Assembly (NCBI GenBank): GCA_010093995.1
Contig: ML992501.1
Location: forward strand, 1,518,566-1,582,565
DNA from: Elsinoe ampelina
Lineage: Eukaryota
Reading direction: 5' to 3'
Length of the DNA: 64,000 nt
The notes under the pieces were generated by a model, which did no database searches, was not told the DNA's origin, and was given only the letters and a program-made list of their open reading frames with translations. The translations under genes were made by a program, and so were the position numbers. The first letter of the stretch is position 1, and each line of letters starts with the position of its first letter. Below are positions 48,001 to 60,434 of the stretch, piece after piece.

Positions 48001-51000
48001 AGAGTTATAGAGGTAGTAGAAGGCTTAATAGATATTAATCTTACTAAACTATTTAGCCTTACTTACGCGCGTAAGTATTTCTTCGATAAGAGGTAGAGGA
48101 TAGACATCTTACTTAGTTACCTTATTAAGGCTATAGTAGTTAACGTAGAGATAAAGTTCTTTACCTAGCTTATAAATAAAGAGAATAGGTAAGGAATAGC
48201 TAGTAGAACTTAGTGTAATAAAGCCTTTATTAAGATATTCTTAGATAAATTATTCTACTATATTAAGTTCTTCTAGCGATAGGCGGCGTAAAGGCTCTAT
48301 ATATAGTAGCTTAGCGCTATCTTTAAGTATAATATAGTTGTCGAAATCCGGCCGATACTAAGGGAGCGTATTAGATTATTCTTTAGAGAAGACGTTAGTA
48401 AACTCCTATAACTCCTCTAGAAGGACTACTATAGGATCTAGTTCTAGCTTAGAGGCTATCTAGTAGTAGTCTTTAATATTCTTTACTAAGATTATAAACA
48501 CCTTATTCTCTTAGTATTTAGCTACTAATATAAAGGTAGTAGCGCTAATAAAAGCGATAGTTAGCTCTTCTTACTTAGTGTTACTTACGTAGGTAGGTAC
48601 GTAGGAGAACTTATACATTAACTAAGTACTATAGGAGATTAGCTTAAACTCTCTCTAATTTAGCTTAAAGTTCGACCTAAGAGCTAGCAGTCGATATAGT
48701 TTAGTTCGCTCTATCTCGGTAGCTAAGCTAGGACCTAGTTTACGTATTAAACTAGGACCGAACTAATTCTAAACTAAAATAGCAGCTTTGCCGAGCTAGA
48801 TTCCTAGATCTAAGCCGGGCTTAGATCTAGATTCTAGCCTTTTAATTAGCTATAGTAGCTCCTACTTAACGACTATTAGCGAAAACTCTTCTTTGTATAT
48901 AACTCGGCCGTACTTATAGTCGATAGTAGCTCTATTAGCCTTAAGCTAGCTAAGGCCAAGAATAATGTTAAATCGGCTAATATCTATAATACGAAAGGTA
49001 GTAAGGTTATTTAGCTTACTAGAAACAGTAGTAGTAAGGGGAATACTATATATAACTTACTCTATTAGAACACTATTATAGGCTTAAAGCTAAATAGAAC
49101 TAGCTAGTACTACGGGGTAGCCGAAGCTCTTTAGCTTATTAAGAACGTTATAATTAACTATAGCGCTAATAAGCGCGCTAGTATCGATAAAGGCTTAAAG
49201 TATAATAGTACGCGAGTAGTTATAGGGGTCGTAAATAGTAATAGAAGTTATAATAGCGGGGATATAGTAGCTAATAACACTATTTAGTAACTATATACCT
49301 CCGGATCTATCTCGAATTACTCTTATTCTACTAGAGAATAGAACTCGTCCCCTAGCTACTCGTTTCTCTAGCTAGAGAAACTAGTAGGCTTATAGTCTAT
49401 TTCGGGGTTAAACTAAGGCTTAACTAGATCTAGTTCGTAAGCCGAACTAGTGTCGACCTAGTTACTTAACTTAGCTAAGCGATTCTAGAGCTACTATATC
49501 TCCTTTATAGCGCTAATACGTATAGGGCGTATAGTAGTATAAGTAGCCTTCTCTAAGGCGCTAGCTATATACTTAGTAGAGATATATCTAGGCTTGCTAT
49601 ATACGTAATAGGTAAGTGCTAGAGCTAGATAGAAAGGCTACGAAGCATCTCTAGTAATAGAGTAGAAGGTAGATAGAGCTATAGGTATAGAGGTAGAATA
49701 AGGTACGTAAGTAGGTATAGTAGCGGCGCGGCTTATAGCTAGTATAGAACGTAAAGCCTAAGTGCGCTTAGTAATAAGGTTATTCTATTAAATGTTATAG
49801 TCGGTAGCGTAGGCCTTAGTAATAAAGGCAGTAAAGTTATTAGTATTATAGTTAACTAGAGTATCGCGTAGCTTGTTAGATATCTTCTAATAGATCTAGT
49901 ATAGCTACTTCTCTTTAGCGATCTTAGCGTAAAGGGCATACTTATTAAACTCGCTAATAAAAGAGTTAAATGTACTATTACGCTAGAAGAGGTTAGTAAA
50001 CTAAGTATATATAGTAGCTCTATAGTTAGGATTCTTAAAGCACTAGGCTAGGAGAGTAAGAACCTCTTTAACGCTAATAACGTTATTACTAGCTAAGTCT
50101 ATAATAAGGGTATAGGCTTCTCTAGAGAGGTATAAGTATAGATAGGCGAACTAGGTGTCCCTCGTAGAGAAATAATCTATATTAGTATATATCTTATTTC
50201 TTATCTAGTACTTAAAGACCTCGAACTGCTCTAGTGTACCTATACTAAAGATAGTAGAGTCTAGTATCTTTTCTAACAAGGTAGAGCTACGTATAGAAAG
50301 GGCTAGTATACTATACTCTATCTCGTTTCTTAGTTAGTCTACCTTAGCCTTAAGCTCTTAGATTTTGTCTAGGTAGTAAGTAGCTTAGGTAGTAACGCTA
50401 TTAGTATAGGACTAAGATACGTCTAGTTCGAATTAGAGGTTACTGAGCTAGGCCTAAGTAGTATCTAACTTATAGTAATAGTAGAGAGCGTTAGTATAAG
50501 TGCCTTTTACCTACGTAGTCTACTTATTATAGAAGGACTTAATATAGTTAAATACGTCTCTTAGTGCCTATATACTATACTCTTCCTATAGCTTCTTAAG
50601 AAGTGTAGCGTTAGAGAGGGTAAAAAGATTATAGTAAGGGGAGTAAATAGGGGCGTTATTATTGTTAGGGATAGGTTAAGGTAGCTTACTTTAGTAGCGC
50701 TCTTCATCGCTATAGTTAGATCAAGCTATACTTAGCATAGTTAGTCGTAAATAAAACAGTATAAAAAGTTAATACGTAATAAAGGGAATATTAAAATTTT
50801 TAGCTAGTAGCCTACTTCCTTTAAGAGTTGTCTATAACTCGACTTATTACCTTCTTCTTATATCTTCGAAGTTTATAGTATTAACCTATATAGTAGTAGC
50901 AAGGATCTATTACAGTGTACGCGGGAACTATAGTTATAATAGCTTCTTCTTTAATTCTTTAATTCTTCGTAAGTAGTAGTTATTAGTAGTTACGTAAGTA

Positions 51001-51269
51001 GTAGAATAACTAGATAGTTTAATAGCTCTATTACTCGGTCGTAGTCGTTTCGAAGTCTCGATATAGTAATTATAACTAGTAAGACAAGAGGTTAATTACG
51101 TCTATTTATTAAGATATTAAGACTTAGAAGAAGAAGAAGAAAAGCTAGTATATAAAGTACGTGTAATATTAAGAGTAGAGCAGCTAGAAGCCTAGGCTAC
51201 AATACTAAGATTACGTAACTAATCTAAACTAGATCCTAACTAAATCTAGTTCGTATCTATCTTACATTA
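45008..51269 (-). mobile_element. Ty3/Gypsy (chromovirus-like) LTR retrotransposon 1, nested in the Copia pol region, RIP-mutated
   Basis: 203-bp LTRs 45008-45210 and 51067-51269; TSD TTTAG (45003-07, 51270-74); minus-strand PPT next to 45211. De-RIPped motifs: protease FIDTGA (~49185), RT IYLDD (~47845), RNase H TDAS and YDKELL, integrase WQHITMDFVTGLP (~46340), chromodomain-like end (~45300-45450). Confidence 0.92.
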
Positions 51270-51852
51270 TTTAGAAGGAATAGGAATAAGACTCTTAAGA
51301 GATACTCTAATTTAGACTATACCTTAGATAAGTTAGATAGAGTCTCTATCCTTAGATATATCTTTATACTTATAGGTAGTTCTATTAGCTAGATAAGTAG
51401 GAAGTAGAAGTCTATTTTAACCTCTACTATAGAGGCTAAATATATAGTAATATACTCTTATATAAAGAGATTACAGTTCCTATCTTAGTTACTAAGAGAT
51501 ATAGGCTATTATAAGATAGTTAGGCAATTACTATAGAGGCTAACTATAAAGGAATCTTAGAAAGCAATAATAAGATTACTCTTTACTACTAGGATTAATA
51601 GTAATAACTAAGTAGCTCTTTTACTCGTAAAAGAGCTATATACTTATAAAAGGGCAAAGCACATTAATATCGCTTACTACTACGTTAGAAGGCTATAGAG
51701 GAACTAGAGGATTTAAGTAGAGTTTATAAGGACAGTAGACATAGTAGCTAATAGGTTAAGTAAGCTATTATAAGGTTAGATCTTTATAAGGTTTATAAAG
51801 CAACTTAGCTTATTATTAACCTAATAGCTTATCTATAGGAGCTAAGTAGGAG

Positions 51853-52055
51853 TATTAAGAATATAGCTCTCTCTAGATAATTAGGCTATAAAGTTATATA
51901 ACCTTAAGTTATATAATGCTAAGGCCTAGAGATTTATAGCTGTTCTTTCTTCTAGTAGATAGACTTCTTTTAATTAATTAACTCGTCTATTACCTAACTA
52001 GTGTACGATTAGTTCTATATAATATTCTACTCCTAAATATGTCTTCTACTTAATA
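51853..52055 (+). repeat. Copia 3' LTR
   Basis: Direct repeat of 40753-40955, preceded by a purine-rich PPT-like stretch and followed by the TSD GAAGC. Confidence 0.92.
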
Positions 52056-52280
52056 GAAGCGTATATAGATAGATTTAAGAGTTTTTCGCCTATATAAGGC
52101 TAGTCTTTTCTAGTACCTATAATTTTCTAGTCTTAAAAGATATAGAATCTAGTTCTAAATCGAATAGTACTAGAAAAATTAATAGTTTAATAGATGTAGT
52201 AATAAATTCCTCCGAAAAGTAATTTTGTAAAAAATGTTATAGGTGTTTAAACTAGCTACCTTATAGCTTAGCGACGCTAA

Positions 52281-55200
52281 TGTTACGAACTAGTAGGACA
52301 GCTAGAGCGCGGGGATGTTAGGACTAATTAAACTGCTAAGGTTATTACGTAACTCGGCCTAATATTTACCTAGTTCTCTATCTTCCCTAGCGGCTCTACC
52401 TCTAAAACTATAGAGCGTATAGGTTACTAGCGGACGTGTACTCTATACTACTTCTAACTCTCGCTATAGAGTATATAGAGTATATAGAGAACGTAGTAGA
52501 GAATATATATATATAGAAATAGTCCTTACCTTATATAAGTACTATAGTTAACCTTGTCTAGATAGCGAACACTAGTATTACTAAGGCTAGCCTTTATAAT
52601 ACTATCTAATTGTACTTTATTATCTATAAGATATACCTTCTCTAACTCTTACCTTAGTGCTATACTACTATAGAAGTAGAACTACCTCGTTCTTAGCTTA
52701 GCTTAGACTACTAGCGTAGACTATATTTAGACAGTTTATAACATTTTAACTACCCTTACTATAGTATAGCATACTATAAGGTTAATAAGTAACTCTTGCT
52801 CTAAGTTACTATTAGTATCTTTAATTACTAGTAAGCTAGAAAAGCTTACTATTAATAATATGTCTACTACTAGTTTAACCTCGGGTAAATATAGAAGGTC
52901 TCTTAGTATAGGGGAAGAATAGAGTAAGCCTAAGTTAGAAGTAGAACTCTTCTATAAGAACTGCGCCTACTTAAGGCGCTTCCTTATTTAACTTAAAGCC
53001 TTCTTCGCTCTAGAGGGGGACAAGTACGCTAACGATGTAGTAAAGGTTCTCTACGCTAGGATATACCTTAAAGGCGCTACCTTCGGGTGGTTTAAGCCTT
53101 ACATAAGTAGCTACCTAGATAGATAACTAAGCCTAGATATAAAGGCTATCTTTAAGAGCTTTAGTATCTTTTAGGCAAAGATTAAGCAAGTCTTTAACGT
53201 ATCTAATAAGAAATATATCGCTATAACAAAGATCTAACAACTATAACAACGTAGGTCTATAGCCTAGTACTATTTCTAGTTCTAACAACTCGTAATACAC
53301 CTAGATTAGGATAATAGTACTAAACATTTAGTATTCTACTAAGGACTAAGCGACTTAGTTAAAGACTAAATAATACCTAAGCTACCTAATAGCCTTTAGG
53401 AATTAGTAGACACTATAATTGCTATCGATAATAGACTTTACAAACGACATATAGAATGTTATAGAGGATATAAAGTAAATACTAGATATATATATTCCTC
53501 TCGAAACTATAGAGACTCTATAGAACTTAACGCTATATACGAAGGCTGCCCCTTATAGGTATAAGGCCGAAGCTATAGAGGAAAGTTCCTTAGTAGAAAA
53601 GAGAGAGAGAAGTATAAATAAGACAATCTATATTTTAAGTGTAAAAGACCTAGGTATCGGGCTAGAGACTACTAATAAGGGGTGCTAGCCGATAGATTAT
53701 ATATAATAGTTACTAGGCTAGTAGAAAAAAAGGCTAATACTACTATAGAAGACCTAATAACCTTTAGCGTAGGTAAGGAAATATAGAAGGAGTCTATAAC
53801 AACTTAAGAGGTAATAGAATCCTCTCTAGATATTATACTTAATATCTCTACGACTAATAGCAAATAACAAAGCTAATATGTAACACTATTATAGATAGTA
53901 TACTATAATAACTCTTATTATATTTACTTATTAGATAAGTAGGGATCTAGTTAGTTTCTATATAAGCTATCTAAGTATAGGTAACTAACGAAATAGCTAG
54001 ACTAGGAACCTAACCTAGAAGAGCTCTCTATAATTAGTAGTAATAGTAACTAACCTTAGAAGATAGTTAGCAACAATTACTAATATATAATTATCGAGAC
54101 GAAGTATTAGGACGTAAGTACTATATAACTATATAGTAGCCTTACCTTTAGCTCTTATAGTAAACTATAAGGAAAGGTATATTATATATCGCTCTAGAAA
54201 TGTACAAATCTAGATTGTAAATGGTACTATACTATCTACTTATATAATGTACTTAGAGAAGACGCTATTAGTCTTAAATACACTATAGACTTCTTAGTAA
54301 TCGAAATAGACAGTACTATTCTCTATAGCTAAGTACAAGAATATACTTAGTATAGCCTTACTAACTATAACTATACTAGAGACAGTAGTAATAAAGAGAA
54401 ATATAATAAAGAATACACTAAATAACTATACTATAATAACATAGATAAAGACTTATCTAACAATAAAGACAACGATATACTACTACTAAGCGGACAACTT
54501 AAGGCATACTTTATAGAGATATAGAGAAACTATATAATAATATATATCTACTACTAGAATAGGACACAATAAGACAAATCTACTTAACTTACGTTTATCT
54601 TTAATACTAATATATAGCTATACCTAGAGGGAATAGTTATACTAATATAGGTGTGTAATACCACTTAGTATAACTAATAGAGGATTATTAAACTTTATAG
54701 TCATTAAGGAACTTAAGCACTAGAAGTCTACCTTACTATATTAAACAATAATAAGACACGACTAGCCTAGTAGATATAGTACTAACAATAGATATATACG
54801 GGAAGGAATTAACTACTTATCTAAGGGGCTATAATAATAAAAAACTAACTAGTTGTTGCCTAATAAGGCAAGACAATAACGCTAGCTAAAGCCTTAATAT
54901 AATAAAGATCTATATATTAAATTACTTTATACTAGAAGCCTAGATACAAGGAAATAAGGTAAAAGCGATAATAGATTTAGGAGCTAACTATAGCTATATC
55001 TCTATAACAATTGCTAATTAGCTTAAACCTTATTAACATTAGAAGGAGTTACCTTACCTACTTACTATAGTAGATAGAACCTCTATAGAGAAGAACGGGA
55101 AAGTTACTTAGGAACTATAAAACGTTATAATTTAAATTAGGACATACACGGAGAAATAATTAATTAATATAGTTAATATGTAGTATAATATAGTACTTAG

Positions 55201-58200
55201 TATAGACTAGCTTTAATAACACAATCTAGACGTAGACTAGATTAAAGAAACACTCGAATTTCCTAAGTATAATTATAGGACATAGGGAGTATAATTAGCT
55301 CTATAGATACTAACTATAAGAATAGTATAGGTACGACTAATAGTTAGGGCTATTACTAGCGTAAGTAATTAAGTACTTCTACTAGAATATAAAGACTTTA
55401 AGGACTTATTTAAAGAAAGGAAAGGTATTATAGCCTTACTCTAATATAAACTATAGAATTATAAAATACCTTTTAAAGAGGGTAAATCCCTAATATACTA
55501 TTATAGTCTTATACTACTATCGAAATAAGAGGAGAATGTCCTTAAGAACTATATCGATAAGCACTTATTTAAAGGATTTATACGACTATTAAAATTACCT
55601 ATTATATACGGAGTGCTTTTTACACCTAAAAAGGATAGAATGTTATAAATATATATTAATTACTAGAAACTTAATACACTTACTAGGAAAAATTGCTATT
55701 CCTTACTAAGGATTAACAAACTTTAAGACCGACTACTTAGAGCTAAATAGTTTACTATAATTAATATTAGAGATGCCTATTATTAAGTACAAATAAAGGA
55801 GAGTAAGGAGTTAAAAACGGCTTTTAGGATATAATAGAGTCTATATAAGTACCTCGTTATGCTCTTTAGGTTAACTAACACTCCTATAACCTTCTAAGAG
55901 TTAATTAATAATACTCTATAAGAATACCTTAATAACTTTGTCTTAGTATATTTAGACAATATTATTATCTTCTTAAAGATATATAATAAACATATAGGAT
56001 ATATTTATAAAGTACTATAGAAACTAAAAGAGAAAGACCTACTAGTAAAACTCTCTAAGTATAAGTTTTATAAGTACAAGATACAATTTCTAAGCTATAT
56101 TATATCTACTAAGGGTATTAGACCTAATCTAAAGAAGATTAAGTTAGTAAATAACTAGCTAGAACCTACTATAGTTAAGGAGGTTTAAGCACTACTAGGA
56201 TTCTTTAACTACTATTATAAGTTTGTTAAAGGATTTTCTAAGGTAGCTACGCTAATATCTAACCTTACGAAAAAGGAAACTAGCTTTATCTTTAACAAAA
56301 AATATAGATAGGCCTTTAAGAAGCTAAAGTTTAGACTTACAATAGTACCTATCTTAGTACTCTTCGACTTAGACTAATAAGCACTACTAGAAATAGATGC
56401 CTTAGACTTTGCAATAGAAGCGTATCTAGCGTAGAAGGACATAGAAGAATAACGCTACCTAATTATATACTACTTACGAAAAATAACTAGACCTAAACTT
56501 AACTACGATATATATAATAAGAAATTACTTATAATTATAGAAGTATTCCGTAAGTAAAGAGTATACCTAGAAGGAATAACCTTACCTATATAAGTCTATA
56601 CCGACTATAAGAACCTTCTATATTAGACAATAACTAAGGTTCTTAATAGATAATAGGTCCGATAGTTAGAAACACTTATAAGCTATAACTTCTAGATCTA
56701 CTATATTAAGGAATTAGAGAACAGCGGAGTAGATGCTCTTAGCTACTAGCTAGATTACTTAAAAAACATAACAATAATAGAGGCCTCTATACTAAAGTAG
56801 TAGGATAGCGCTCTAGTCTATAAGTACCCGAAGGTAGAGTAGTTATATAGCCTTATCTAGGAGCTTATATAAGAATAGAAGAAAGAAGTTATTTAAATAT
56901 ACTATAATAACCTAATAGCGGAACATAGTAGGATTAATAAGACTATTAAGCTTATTATATAAAACTACCTATAGAAAGAACTCCGAAACGACATTAAGAC
57001 ATATATTACTATATATAATACGTGCTATAAGTCTAAGCACTTACGATATAAGCTATATAGCCTACTATAACTCTTACTACTACCTAATAAACTATAGTAA
57101 TTAGTTACGATAGACTTTATAGAACTCTTACTACTATTAGAAGAGCCTCTTATAGGTGTAAAGTATAATAGTATTCTAGTCCTAGTAGATAGATTTACGA
57201 AGTATTACTACTTTATACTATATAAGATAATAGTAACTACTAAGGATATAGCCTTTACCTTCCTTCGAATAATTGTTTTATAATATAGAGTACTATAAGA
57301 CCTAATAACTAATAGAGATAAGCTATTTATATTACAATTCTAGTAATTATTTATAGACCTACTAGAAGTTAAATATAAGCTATCGACCTTCTTTTATCTA
57401 TAAACGGACGGACAAACGAAATAGGCAAATTAAGTACTAGAGTAATATCTATATTACTACCTTAACTACAAGTAGAATTCTTAGGTAACGCTATTACTAT
57501 TCGTAGAGCTTGCTGTTAATAATAGGAAGTTAGCAAATAGAATTTTACTATTCTACGTAAACTATAGAATATACCTAGATCTATACTATAACATACTTAG
57601 AATTAAGCTAATATCTAAGGATACTAATATACTAGTAGCTAATATTAAGAAACTATACGACTAGCTATACTACGATATAGTATTTATATTACAAAGAATA
57701 GTATAGTTTACTAACTAGAAGAGAATTACAGGACTAATTCTAAAGGAGAGAGAGAAGGTTTATCTCCTTAGTAAAAATATTAAGACTAAAAGACTAAGTA
57801 AGAAACTAGACTATACTAAGCTAGGACTTTTTAAAATCCTAGAAAAGAAAAATAAGAACATATATAAACTAGAACTACTAAGACATATAAGGATCTATCT
57901 AGTCTTTTATATATTACTACTAGAGAAAGTACTATAGAATACTATACCTAGACCTATTAAACTAGATAAAGAAACATAGGAGCTATAGTATAAGATAGAA
58001 AGAGTTTTACATTATAAACTTATAAAAGAAAAACACTACTATCTTATTTACTAGAAGGGACATTAGTATAGCGAAGTAATATAGAAACTAGAGAAGTACC
58101 TTACCTCGTAAGTAATTCTAGATTACTAGATTAAGAACCTATCCTAAGTAAACCGACTAGATAGACCTAGCACTTCTAATACTAAACAAAAACGAGAATA

Positions 58201-59301
58201 CTTAAGAAAGATCGCTTAGGTAATAGAAGCACCTTAATTGTTACTAAATAAAGAACTCTAATCGAAGTTAGGCATAAATAATTACTAGTTCTATAGAAGG
58301 ACAGGATCTACTAATAATAGTATTTCCTTCTACTCTAAGACTTAAATATAAGTCTTCTCTAGAGAGATTACTTTCTCTACCTTATTCTCTAACTTTTGTA
58401 TCTCCTTACGGAGCTAAAGCTTATTACCTATAGCTCTCTAACGAGCCTCCTTTACCTTTTTATAAGCCTCTTTAGCCTCTTTTCTAGTAGCCTCTACTAT
58501 AATTAACTCCTTTTATAAACGGATATACTTAGACTATAAGCACTACTATTTCGATTTTGTTACCTAAATATTATAACTTAAGTAGTTACTTACGACATAC
58601 TAGCTATAGATACTCGACTAAATATAGACCTTATAGTCTAGCCTCTTTAATTTGCAATAAGAATAAGCCTATAGTATATTAGTTCCGAATAGTTTAATAA
58701 ACTCTAAGAGATTCTTTCGGGCAGATATACTAGATTTACTATACCTTCGACAACTAGAAGGCATATTTAGTATATAGTATAAGAAGATAAGGAAGGACAC
58801 TTACTTATTAGGACAACTCGATTAAAGGAGGAGAGTAATATTACAAACTAGTAGGACAGCTAGAGCGTAGAGATGTTAGGACTAATTAAACTACTAAGGT
58901 TATTACGTAACCTAGCTCGATATTTACCTAGTTCTCTATCTTCTCTAGTAGCTTTACCTCTAAAACTATAGAGCGCGTAGGTTACTAGCGGACATATACT
59001 CTATACTACTCCTAACTCTCGCTATAGAGTATATAAAGCATATAGAGAATATAGTAGAGAATATATATATATAGGAATAGTCCTTACCTTATATAAGTAC
59101 TATAGTTAACCTCGTCTAGATAGTAAACACTAGTATTGCTAAGGCTAGCCTTTATAATACTATCTAATTGTACTTTATTATCTATAAGATATACCTTCTC
59201 CGACTCTTACCTTAGTACTATACTACTATAGAAGTAGAACTACCTCGTTCTTAGCTTAGCTTAGACTACTAGCGTAGACTATATTTAGATAGTTCGTAAT
59301 A
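52281..59301 (+). mobile_element. Ty3/Gypsy (chromovirus-like) LTR retrotransposon 2, inserted in the DNA transposon left TIR, RIP-mutated
   Basis: 463-bp LTRs 52281-52743 and 58839-59301; TSD GCTAA (52276-80, 59302-06); PPT AAAGGAGGAGAG before the 3' LTR. De-RIPped motifs: gag CCHC (~53630), protease IDSGA (~54970), RT YLDD (~55950), RNase H ETDASD (~56390), integrase, chromodomain YLIHWKG...TWEP (~58040). Confidence 0.93.
58216..58764 (-). pseudogene. RIP-mutated antisense extra ORF of Gypsy element 2: six-Cys Zn-cluster-like motif plus coiled coil (~182 aa)
   Basis: ATG at 58764 in frame with TAA at 58216. De-RIPped reading is approximately CSYCKSKGLDCKVHVQSGICGQCVVSNHSGC followed by an E/K/R-rich helix. 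Confidence 0.6.
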
Positions 59302-59445
59302 GCTAACTAACCTCTCGTTACTAAAATTGGCAGGCTAGAGGTCGAGATTAGTTATAGCTAGATAGCTCTTAATATAGCTAAATCTAGTTAATTTTTAAAG
59401 CTTAAAAAAGGTGTAATAGCTATTAGTTATTAGCTATTAGCTATT

Positions 59446-60402
59446 ATAGTAAACTAGAGAATCTTAAAGGCTAAGCTAGCTAATCTACTCTATCTCCTCT
59501 CTAACGGCTTTAGTAATAGAGTAATTACTATAACACTTACTATCTCTCGAGCGACTATTTATAATATCTACCTATCCGTTAAGTTCTTTAGATCTCTCTA
59601 TCTACTACTAGAGGTACGCCTCTAGTATACTTACTATATTACTCCCTTTATAGAGGACTAGCTCTTAGCCTGCCTTACTAATATACTAACTACTTATCTT
59701 AACGAGCTTTAATTGTAGCTACTAGAAGTATATAGCTTAGATATTAGCCTTACGTTAATATAGGAGGCTCTCTACTACTAGAGGTAAAGTTAGAAAGTTA
59801 TAAAGAAGAAGGTAGCTAAATAAGATAAGGTACTACGTAGTGCTTAGAGTATAAGGTATAAGAGCTAGCTAGTCGATAAGATTATATACTTCGATAAATT
59901 AGCTTATAATAAATATACTAGCTAAAGGAGGTATAGCTAGTTATCTATTAGCCTTAACTACATAGATAAGTAACTAAAGACTTAGTCTAAAAGGTAAAGT
60001 GTCCTTCTAGCTATTATAACTAAGAGCTATCTCGAAGGTACCCTTATCTACTACGGATCGATTACTAGCTTTATCTTCTAAGATTAGCTTAAGTATACTA
60101 TCTTACTATAGCTTAAGCCTAGCTCGATTATAGTATTAGATAATGCGTTAATCTACTATAACGAGGAGATTTAAAGAATAGTATAAGAGTATAGATTATA
60201 CCTTAAATACCTACTACTATATTTACTAGATTTTAACTCTATAGAGGAGAGCTTCTTAGTACTAAAGGCGTAGGTAAGGAGATACTATTACCTAGCTACT
60301 AGATAGCTCTTTTACTAATTTCTTACTTATAGAGTTATAGAGGTAGGCGGCAAAGGCGCTAGAGGTCAATTTAAGTATTGTAGCTATAACGTAATTAAAT
60401 AG
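59446..60402 (+). pseudogene. RIP-inactivated Tc1/IS630 DD34E transposase (~318 codons)
   Basis: One frame with HTH ISRATIY, YLDELQ, YFDES (D1 ~59893), VLDNA (D2 at 60139) and de-RIPped YLPPYSPDFNPIEE with 34 residues between D2 and E. Internal stops are TAA/TAG derived from CAA/CAG/TGG. Confidence 0.88.
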
Positions 60403-60434
60403 ATAGATAGGGAGAGTAAGGTTAAACTCTTCCT

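Larger units (their letters stand above)
40753..52055 (+). mobile_element. Ty1/Copia LTR retrotransposon inserted in the LINE 5' region, RIP-mutated
   Basis: 203-bp LTRs 40753-40955 and 51853-52055; TSD GAAGC (40748-52, 52056-60); PBS-like GGTTATAAGCC after the 5' LTR. De-RIPped motifs in Copia order: LWHRRFAHLG (~42870), IHVDICGP integrase (~43055), KARLVARGF RT (~44365), YSDSDY and STTEAEY RNase H (51300-51445). Confidence 0.92.
34859..52244 (-). mobile_element. Tad1-like LINE, apparently full length (~6.1 kb excluding the Copia insert), RIP-mutated
   Basis: 21-nt poly(A) tail (T run 34859-34879); 15-bp TSD GTTTAAACTGGCCAC (34844-34858) / GTTTAAACTAGCTAC (52245-52259). De-RIPped motifs: ORF1 CCHC knuckles (~39850), APE endonuclease QYNI and LGDFNLHH (~39000, ~38560), RT QGS and YIDD (~37030, ~36940), RNase H AEL, FTDNQA and WIPGH..V.GNE (35900-35660). 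Confidence 0.9.

Noticed and set aside
40753..51269. Identical 203-bp length of Copia and Gypsy-1 LTRs suggesting relatedness
   Set aside because: The sequences are unrelated; coincidence.
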